Assembly: GCF_025526975.1 (NCBI RefSeq)
Contig: NW_026515669.1
Location: forward strand, 868,001-932,000
DNA length: 64,000 nt
From: Fimicolochytrium jonesii
Taxonomy: Eukaryota
Direction: 5' to 3'
In this document: positions 25,101 to 34,454 of the stretch, one piece after another
How positions within the stretch are numbered: the stretch's first letter is position 1
Layout of the letters: each line of letters starts with the position of its first letter
Program-made: the position numbers and the translations under genes
The notes under the pieces: generated by a model
Told to the model about the DNA's origin: nothing
The model's database searches: none
What the model saw: the letters and a program-made list of their open reading frames with translations, nothing else

Positions 25101-25695
25101 TGTGCTGCGCCCTGTGCAGCCGACAAGAGGTTGGCGAACGCATCAACTTTTGCGCTGAGGCTTGCAATGACACTCTTTCCAGCTTGCAGGTCCGACTCTA
25201 ACGACATGCGCAGGCGGCGCTCGTTCTGCAGCTGCCCTATTTCGTCATTTGTTTTGAGCACCAGCGAAGTCGTTCTGGGAGAGCCTTCAGCCCTTGATGC
25301 GTATGCGGACGAAAAATCTGGCGGGTGCGTAGAGATGGGCGGAAGAGGTGACTTCGGAGGAATGGTATGTTTGCTGTGCTGCTCCCGCTCAGAGTCAGGT
25401 TCAGCTCGCGGCGCCAGCGCCGGCTGTTCTGGCCCATTTGATTGAGGATTCTGTCGGACTCCAAATCCGTAGGCTTTATGGAAGCTATCGATATCATTTT
25501 GTTTCTGGCGAACCTTTCTAGTATGCGATGCACCATGGTCAGTCATTGTATATCCGGATCAAGAGCAACAACGGATCTCTGCTTACACCTTTCTTTTTGC
25601 TCCTGCTGCTGGGCTCGTAAGTAATCCTTCAGTTCGCGGTCCTTTTCATTGCGAGCGCGCTGCCGCTCGTCGATATCGTTCCAGCTGAATGACAT
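22178..25695 (-). CDS. Large coiled-coil protein (~1150 aa) with disordered C-terminus
   Basis: Short first exon MSFSWNDIDERQRARNEK... spliced in frame into the 1122-aa ORF; long heptad-rich helices. Confidence 0.8.
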
Positions 25696-26468
25696 TTTGT
25701 ACAGTATGTTGATCTGAGCACAACTGCAATTTGGGACGCCACATGCAGGTGAATTTTTCGTCATTCGGCTCAAATTGACAGCTCACGTAACTCTAACAGG
25801 AAAGCGACAGCGTGGCTTAAGGGTCGGAAACCAACGGCACTCACTCTGCGCCCACTGCTATTCATTTCTGTGTAATAAATTGAGTCATGAATCTTAATGA
25901 CTGCCAATTTGCCACATGCTGACTGTCCTGCCCTTGAAGGTTTGTCGGTACGTAATTAGTGGTACATCACACCGCATGCAAGCTGTTGTGCGGCATTTGC
26001 GTACCGCGGATGAGTCAGGTCCCAAGACCCAGGAGCCGTCGAATGTGTGCCAGGTCCATGTATCCATAGTACTCCACACCGGAGTATACACACCGGAGTG
26101 CGGTGAGAACTTATCATAGAAGCGAGGTGAAAATAGACATCGATGTAGAGCTACCACAACCTACACGGTGAAGTTCTCGGCAGCTCAATTGACCCCAAGG
26201 TCCTCGCGCACAAATTACGGGTTTCCCGCCTGGAGACGCGCTTACCGAGGCTTTGTGGCAACCTTGGGCGAATTGCCAAAATTGTGCAGGCCTGGGGGTG
26301 TTGTCGGGATCAGTTGAACTGTCGAGGACTCTATACTGTTTCGACCGTAGGGGAAATGTTTATTAAAGAACCTCGGGATGCTTTCCCCCATCCATCGAGG
26401 AGCATGCCGCCGCATAGACCTGCAATCGCACCAGATTCCTGATTCTGCAGATTTCGTCGACTCCAAGG

Positions 26469-28324
26469 ATGCGAGGGATTTCTAACATCCTCGGCCTGGC
26501 TATTGCCATAGCAGTTTTAGCCGTGCAACACGCTGTGCAGGCTGCGCCAACGCCAGCTGTCGCTGCTGGCATTCCGCTTGCATTCACACCCCCTTTGCGT
26601 GCTGAAGGAAGGGATTTCGTGGATGCAGAGAATCGTGTCGTCATCTTGAGAGGGTTCAATGTTGCAGGTATGATGAACTTTGTCAATTGGGTTTCCGAAT
26701 GGTCCGTACCAGAGTCGCTGAACTTTGCTTCTCACTTGCACAGGCCGAGCCAAAATTCCTCCTTTCCGCTCGATTACAGATCCTTCCCAACTGGATCCGC
26801 TCCCAAAATGGGGCGTCAATGCCGTACGATTGCTTTTCACTTGGGAGGCCTATGAAGGAGGAGGTCCAGGAAAAATAGACGATGGATACATGCAATGTGA
26901 GCGAACTGCAAGTTTTCATTAGTCCATTAGAAGACGCACAATTGAGAGCGGATGGACAAACCCGTCAACAGACTACTTGAGCTTGATTGACGAGCTGTAC
27001 AAGCGCGGGATCGCTACTATCGTCGATCTACATCAAGACTCGTGAGTGACCATCCCAAAGTGAATGGTGCGCAAAGGATGGACACTCAAAAGGTCGATTG
27101 ACGGCGCGTCTCTTTCTTTTCAACAGATATTCACGTTGGATAAACGGAGGCTGCGGAGATGGTTTCCCAGAATGGACGAACGGCCCGGATATCACCAAAA
27201 AGCAGCCGAAGAACGACAAATCTTGCTCATCATGGGGCTCAGCACAATACTTGGACGGGAACTTCCACAGTGCATGGTATGCCAAGGAAGGAATGTTGGG
27301 CTCGGTAACGAGGGCCCGCAAGAAATGAGGCTGAACGCGGATCTCTCACACAGGGATTCGTTCTGGAAGAACAAGTATGGCGCAAGGAGCGCATTCCTGG
27401 CCATGTTGAAGCGAGTCGCAACCGCAACCGCGCACCGTCCGGGAGTTATTGGCTTCGACCTCATCAACGAGCCCACCGGTGACGAAATTCCGCAGTTTGT
27501 ACCCTTCTATCGTGATGCCGCGGCCGTTGTCCGCGCGATACATCCGACAACGTTGCTGTTCCTCGAGCCAGCGGGATTGACAGCTAGTGGATTGACCGGG
27601 TCGAAGTTGAATGGAGACGGGCTTCGCGATTTGACCAACATTGTCTATGCGCCACATTTCTGTGAGTATCTCGCATGCTGTTTATCTCCTTGCGCAATAT
27701 AACATCCTAAACTGATCCTCTCCGTGTCCAGATGATCCCACTGCCACAGCGGGGATTTGGCTAGGCGTTCAGCCGGGCCCAACCGTCAAGCGCTATCAGC
27801 AAGAGGCCGCGAAATGGGGTCCCACCATCGCCGTCTCAAATTCAAGCTCCGTCGTCGCCGCCGGGGGCGTGCCCATGCTGGTGGGCGAATTTGGGGCTCC
27901 GGAAGCCAGCGCCAACTACATCCGAGCGTTTTACGACGGTCTTGACGCCAATTTTGCTAGCGCAATGCAATGGCAATTCGAACCTTTGTGGGATGCGGTT
28001 AACAAGGACGGGTGGAATGTCGAGGACTTTAGCGTGTTTGCGTTGAACAAGACCCGCCGGAATTTCGTTCCACGTCCCTATTTGCAGGCTGTGACTGGGA
28101 TCCCCATTCTTTTCACCATCAGTGGAACTACGATCTCCGTTCAATGGACACAGAAACAAGCAACAAGCGAAACCCTCATTCACGTTCCTAATCTCTCGGC
28201 TAGCGCTACGGTCACTTCCACCGGGGCTGTGGCAGCTCAGTGTACGGTCGACGTTGCGGCGCTGAAGGTGCGTTGCAAGTCAACGGGAACGGGCAAGATC
28301 GCCATCAGCATCCAAACGAAGTAG
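26469..28324 (+). CDS. Secreted glycoside hydrolase family 5, endoglycoceramidase-like
   Basis: Signal peptide; RVVILRGFNV, NAVRLLFTWEAYE, IVDLHQD, GDGFPEW, acid/base GFDLINEP, VYAPHFY, nucleophile LVGEFG, C-terminal PRPYLQAVTGIP beta domain; 5 introns. Confidence 0.92.
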
Positions 28325-28415
28325 CCCGACACATACCGCAGTTCACTGCAAAGATGTTCCAGACCTGCTTTAGACCGGCATTCGAATAGTCGTTAGTTTA
28401 CATACATTAGCTGCA

Positions 28416-29123
28416 ATGTTCCTCCTACCATCAAAGCGGCTAGCTACCTGTGTACCGAAGTTTCTGGAATCAACATTCTCTGGAACTGATGCAAAGATTG
28501 ACAGCCGACTTTGGCAAGAACTCCGTGCAGAAGAAGTCCATGCGGGGTCCACAGGTGCTTGTGCCTTGCGGGGCAAGCCAAGCGTAGTCGGTGATCATTA
28601 CGGAGCAGCTAAGGGGAGAAATGTTCTACCAGTGTCTACGGGGGAGATCGAGAACAACAAAGGTCCAGATCTGGATGTGGAAGACTACCTGGGCAATCCT
28701 TCGGCTCCCATCCCCCAAGGGCTAGATAGGGACGGGTTCACCGATGGACTCACAAAACCGTTGGCGAACAAGGTGGAGTTCGGTAACCATTTCAATAATG
28801 GCAAGTTGCCGATAGGCGAGGACGCCAACAGAGGTGCAGCAATCCGGGTCAGGGAGGATTCATCGGTTGAGGGACGGCTAAACGGCTCGCTCAGACGCGA
28901 CAATCCTAACAACGACGGGTTAGCCATCGAGTCTCAATTACGAGCAGATGCCGGACAGATTGGCGCCCGACCCATGGTGCAGCGAACGCAACCTTTGCAG
29001 GTTGTCACGGATAGGATGCCGGTTGTAATCAAGACGAAGAACGTCGAGGCTGTGAATCCACGCTTGGATCCCACCACACGTATAACTACCGATCTTTACC
29101 CGTGGATCAAAGAGAAGTCCTGA
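28416..29123 (+). CDS. Intronless orphan ORF (235 aa), possibly a truncated foreign gene
   Basis: Open 708-nt frame with G/N/D-rich protein-like composition, starting only ~90 nt after the GH5 stop. Confidence 0.45.
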   Translation: MFLLPSKRLATCVPKFLESTFSGTDAKIDSRLWQELRAEEVHAGSTGACALRGKPSVVGDHYGAAKGRNVLPVSTGEIENNKGPDLDVEDYLGNPSAPIPQGLDRDGFTDGLTKPLANKVEFGNHFNNGKLPIGEDANRGAAIRVREDSSVEGRLNGSLRRDNPNNDGLAIESQLRADAGQIGARPMVQRTQPLQVVTDRMPVVIKTKNVEAVNPRLDPTTRITTDLYPWIKEKS

Positions 29124-29295
29124 GAATGCTAGCGTCTACACCGGGTGATGCTTATCCCTTCTGCCGAGCGTTTTGATCTGACTCAATGCGTTCGCTTTTG
29201 ATATCATTTCTATATATATATGTACCAGTAGATTCGGCGAAGCCATGTTTGAAACCATCAGCGACAGGGTAATTCTAGTGATTGGGTGTGTACGT

Positions 29296-29952
29296 TCGAC
29301 GCTGAGTCGGTTCCTCCACGACTAGTATCCCGGAGGAAGTCGTGGGATCCACCTCCCCGCGTGGATCTTCATCCGGTACCCTAATCGACTATCGGCCCGC
29401 GGGAATCCACGGCTTGGTACCACGTAGGTGGATGCTGGATGTACCGTGGTGCCGGCAATTGGAGCCGGTCGTCCATAGGCAGATACCTCGGGTATCTATT
29501 CTCCGAGTATAACTGGGTCCTCGCCGGCAGTGATATCCGGCCGCCCGGTCCCGGCTAGCCGCCGGGTCCCACGCCATGGTCACCCCGACCAATGGTGACG
29601 CCTATGGTGTCCCCGTGGTATGGAGGTCCGGGGCCGGTACGTGCTGCGCCTACCCACCGGTCGGCGACCTGTCCCCGCGTGGGATCGGTGTCATAGGTAC
29701 CCGTGGGACCCGGTGACGGCTCGTGGGATCGTAGACCCACCCAGACGACGATACCGGACCACGTCCATCGGGTCCGGTCGGGAATCGGGCGGCCTCCGAT
29801 CCAGGTTCCCTACGGATCGCAGGGAATATTACCTGAGGTCCAAGGACGACAGGAACGGTAGGGTGGCCGACTGGCTGCCCTACTCGTGCCTCTCCAGTCT
29901 TCACACACGCAAGCGTGATTCCGAGGCACTTACAAGTAAGTACCGGACTGGT
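29296..29952 (+). ncRNA. Putative large structured non-coding RNA or ssDNA element, class unknown
   Basis: More than 15 helices of 5-12 bp found by eye, nested long-range stems, G-T pairs that form only on the + strand, terminal pseudoknot, no credible ORF. Confidence 0.6.
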
Positions 29953-29985
29953 AAAACAATTAGTAAAACAATTAGTAACTGGTAA
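29947..29985 (+). repeat. Tandem 12-mer (GTAAAACAATTA)x2 bracketed by direct repeats ACTGGTAA
   Basis: actggtaaaacaattagtaaaacaattagtaactggtaa read directly. Confidence 0.85.
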
Positions 29986-30557
29986 CATGAAAAGACGGTG
30001 ATTATTGCGCACCAGATTGCGGGTGGCAGCAAATGTTTGCCCACAATAAGAATTTCTGCCAAAACAGGCTTCTTGGGCCGAAAAGAGGGCTAATGGAAAC
30101 CCTCTATTGGGCTGGGCTGTCCGGCACGCTCACTTGGAGTATCAGCGTGTGATGACGTTAGAGGGAGCGAGGGTGGGGGTGATGTGAGAAGGTTGGTCCG
30201 AATTCGTGGGGTGAGCAAACGACGTCGTAGGTGGAGCTGGACGGGAGAGAGAAGGGACATCTGGGCTTGGGATGTCGTGCTAGGGGGAGTAAGTGTGCTG
30301 CTGCCGGCTGTTGCGATGTGTCGTTAGTGGGAAAGAAAAAGTGTAAAGAATCTACTAACAGATTCACGGGTAGGGGGGCGGCGAACGGAACAAGACAGGG
30401 AAACGGACCCCATGGACTCATCTGCCATTCGTACAGCTGTACATTCCATCCCAAGTGTTACTGTACATCCCACAAAAACAAAAGCGTATATGACAAAGGG
30501 CTCCCCCTAAAAGACTTGCAAAACATCCCACATCCCATCCCCATCCTACCCACCACC

Positions 30558-31825
30558 CTAAAACCCATACTTTGCCCTCGTAGCCGCCTTTGTAACCCTT
30601 TTCTGCGCCGCCGCCTCCGCAAGCGCATCCTGCCTCGCCCTTGCATCCACCGCGAGGGCCATGATGGTATGTTTGCGTTTCCCCGCCTTACTCACACCAC
30701 CTCCGTGACCAACTGCTGTGGAGGACCGTTTGGAGGTGTCGGGGGTCCAGTGGGTGTCGATGAGGGAGGATTGGGTTATTTCTGTGATGTTGATTTCGTG
30801 GGAGGAGGTGGAGGGGGTTGAGAGGGCGCGGAGGGCGTCGTGGGGGAGGTTGGAGGGGAGGTTTGGGAATGGGTGGGGGCCGGAGGGGTATGTTTCTGGC
30901 GGGTAGGATTCTACCCCGTATACTTCCGGGGTGTAAGCATATTGAGCGGAGGCGGAGTAGGCGTATTGGGCGGATGCGGAGGGGGTGGTGTATGTGTAGT
31001 CTGCTGATGCGGATGCCGTTGGTTCGTCTTCTGTGTAGGTTGGTGTTGGGTTTGCTGTTCGGAGGGATGTGTGAGTGAGTTTGAGGGTCAGCGAGGGGAT
31101 TGGAGGGGAGAATGTTACGTACATAGTGTGAAGAACTCGTCCGCGCCGATTTCATCCTCGTCATCGACTGGATCGTTGCTTGGAGGCAGCGGTTTGTTTA
31201 TCGTCCCACTTCCACCAGTTGCACCCATGGGCTTGCTCTTATTCTTCTTCGAAAGGGTATATGGTACCATGGGTGTTGATGCGAGGGGAGCCGTGCGTGG
31301 TACTCCTGACGCTGACGCTGACGCCGCCCCTGTTTCGGGTGGAATCCCAACATCACCTCCTCCGGCACTCTTCTTTGGCGGCGGTAATCTACTGAAGAGA
31401 TCTGATACAGCTGACGACGCGGGCTTTCCCTCTCCCACTCCCTTCCCTCCCTTCGTGTCGTCATCCTCATCCTCGTCATCCCCAACACGAGGCAGGTCAA
31501 CATAAATCTTCACCCTCTTCCCTCGTTTCGCGTCGCGGTCTGCAGAGTCGGCGTTTGGTCGTTTTGGTGGGTTGGTGGTGGAGGAGGAGGACGCTGAGCG
31601 GGGCGGCGGGAGAGCTGCGAATAGGTTTTTGGATGGTTGTGGTGGAAGTGCGTTCGTTTGGCGTGAGGATGGAGGAGGGAGGTTTGCGAAGAGGGAGGCT
31701 GGTGGTGGTTTGGACGAGGATGGTTGCTGTTGTTGTTGTGGTAACTCAGGAGTGGGGATATTGTTTGGTTCCGAGTCTGCGTCTGAGTCGGATGAGGAGC
31801 CGTAGTCTAGCGGGACGAGGGACAT
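30558..31825 (-). CDS. PRCC: PRCC-family proline-rich spliceosome-associated protein
   Basis: N-terminal MSLVPLDYGSSSDSD, repeated LF.xLPPP, C-terminal KRKHTIMALA...TRAKYGF; two exons. Confidence 0.88.
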
Positions 31826-32078
31826 TGTGAGCGAGGGAGGGGGGAAGGTATGTACTAGATCTAGAGTGTAATAGCACACGGGTGTTATTCCAGACCAGTG
31901 CTATTCCAACCTGGAATCACCCTGCTGCATAATGCGACAAACGCGCTTCCAATCAAGTTGACCAGGTTTTGGAAGGTCGGATGCGAAGTCCTGACAGATC
32001 CTGCAGAGCCACGATATATACGCTGTAGTATAGACTGCTTATAGGAGTAGTTATCTTCATTGCGATCATCCACGCAAT

Positions 32079-34262
32079 ATGAACGTAGACTCCATTTTCA
32101 AGGTTGACTAAGGGCTAACCATGTTGCCATGAGTGAAACGGTTTGCTGACTTCCGCTTTTTTTGGATGGGAACTAGGTCCCGGCACCGCCTACAAACTTC
32201 ACGAAGAAGCGCAAGCTGCCGTCAACCCCAGACGTGTCCTCACTCAAAAAGTTCAAACCCGATAATGATGAGGAGGACTACCGGGCGGGTTGGGGACCGG
32301 GGAAACTCAACACACCGTCTACCGGCCCCGAAAATGGCGCCGCGCCTGAGGACGACGAAGACGTGAGGTTCTATGGCGAAGGGCTGGACGCTGAACAGAA
32401 GAAGATCTGGGATATAGTCGACGCCGGTGAAGAGGTGACTTTCGCTTCCTGTCCTTATGAGCTAGCGTTTCGGGAAGTGCTGACATTCGTCTGAACCCGA
32501 AGCTTCCGGAAACGATTGATGTGCCGCAACTGAAGCGAATGGTACTGAAGCTCGAGAAGATCGTAAACAAGAACCAGGAGTTCCGAATGAAATATGCAAA
32601 TGACCCGATTAAGTGTGTTTTGGCTAAACCTTGATTCTCTCCTTGTTCACTTCATTGATCGGTCCAATCAGGTTCATAGAATCCGAAGCAGATCTTGACG
32701 AGGAACTGAAAAACATGCAAGCCGCTAGTGCATCCCCGGAAATCTACTCAACTCTAGTCGACCTTGGAACCCACGCTACGGTTTTGAGCTTGCTATCGCA
32801 CGAGAACACGGACATCTCGATTGCAGCGGTGGAGCTTTTAAACGAGTTGACAGATGAAGATCTCGTTGCAGAAGCGTCAGAAGAAGCTGAGGAGGGGATG
32901 AAAGTGTTGGTCAAAGGTCTCATTGATAATGATGCCTTATCGCTGCTGGTACACAACCTACAGCGTTTAAATGAAGAGCAAACGGAAGATAAGCAAGGCG
33001 TTTTCAACACGTTGTCCGTGATCGAGAACTTCATCGCCGTGGACCCCGCCTTGTCAGAAAAGGTCGTTGCCGAGACAACGTTGCTGAATTACATTCTTCA
33101 GCGAATCCGCACGAAAGTATTCGACTCCAACCGGCAGTATGCCACCGAACTTTTGGCCATTCTTTTACAAAGATCACGAGCCAACCGCTTGAAGCTGGGA
33201 GAATTAGGCGGCGTAGACGTTCTTTTGCAAGTTCTTTCTGCTTACAAAAGAAAGGACCCAAAAGATCCGGACGAGATAGAACTCCTGGAGAATGTATTCG
33301 ACGCATTATGCGCGGTGCTGGCCGAACCCGAAGGGAAGGAGCATTTCCTCGAAGGCGAGGGAATGGAGCTGATGCTGTTGATGGTCAAAGAGAAGAAACT
33401 GGCACGCATGCGTGCTTTCAAAGTTTTGTCTCATGCCATGCTTGGGGCCGATGGAGCGAAGTGTTGCGCCCATTTCGTTGAGATTTTCGGACTGCGGACG
33501 TTATTCCCAGCGTTAATGCGCAAAGGTGTCAAGCAGTACAAGAAGACCTACAAAGCCTTCTCGGAAACGGAAGAAGACGAATACTTGGTGACCATCATGG
33601 CGTCGCTATTGAAGAACTTGACACAACTCGATCTGCGTGAACGCTTTATCCTCAAGTTTGTGGGATCGGATATTGAGAAAGTTGATCGGCTCATGGATAT
33701 GCATTTGCAATACTACGCCAGAGTTGCGGCGGCCGATGCCACCATTGCGGAGAGGCAACGATCCCGCGAGGATGAGGACCTGGACGAAGATGAATTGGAG
33801 GCGGCGAAGGAAGAGGATTTCCTAGACAAGTTGACGGCCGGCTTCTTTACACTTCAGCTGTTGGACTTCGTTATTGCTTTTGTTTGTTTCGAAGATGCTT
33901 CCGGCGAGGTATGTGTCTAACCACTTCTCTACCAGTTCAAACCACACGCCTCCATGTGCTGAATCCATTCGATTGCAGGTGCGGAAAAAGGTAACATCGC
34001 GTCTGGAAGGCGCTGGGCAATCCATCGAAACAATAAAGAGCGTACTCAAAGGTGCGTCGCTGTCACTTGTTGTCGGCTGTGCTCACACTTACTCATCAGT
34101 CTTCCTCTGTCAACAGAATATGCCAACAACGTGGGAGAGTCGTCATCACCGAAACCGGCAGAGCCGTCCTCTACTGAGTCCGCTGCTGATGCAACGGAAT
34201 CGTCAGATGCATACGCTCAGCGGGAGCGTGCCATGATAATAGGGGTCATGGAAGCATTATAG
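32079..34262 (+). CDS. CTNNBL1: Beta-catenin-like protein 1 (Prp19 complex)
   Basis: KNQEFRMKYANDPIK|FIESEADLDEE, LLSHENTDISIA, FDSNRQYATELLAILLQ, YKRKDP, ENVFDALC, FLEGEGMELM, GFFTLQLLD. Confidence 0.95.
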
Positions 34263-34454
34263 TCCATAGAAACTCCATCGCAGTAGCATGATCTGAATGG
34301 CTTACGGTCACACACTTTCAAACTTTATTTCAAAATCGAACTGAATATCGTCAACCACACTTGTGGCGAAGAAAAAATCAAAACAAAAACAAGAACATGC
34401 TCTCCATAATCCGTCAACTTCATACAATCCTTTCCAAGTCACGATATGTTTTCC

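Noticed and set aside
29333..29650. Fragments resembling RNase P CR-I (GAGGAAGTC), the group IE intron S motif (GGTACGTGCT) and a telomerase template (ACCCTAA)
   Set aside because: Partner elements (CR-V/P4, the P7 5' strand, a longer template with a U-rich pseudoknot) were not found, so no class is assigned
29832..29853. Hammerhead-like CTGAG-GTCC-AA-GGAC-GAC in the structured element
   Set aside because: The core needs CUGANGA and GAAA; both are incomplete
29389..30012. Short ORFs on both strands over the structured block
   Set aside because: Arg/Pro/Gly-rich translations typical of GC-rich non-coding sequence, with no coherent frame
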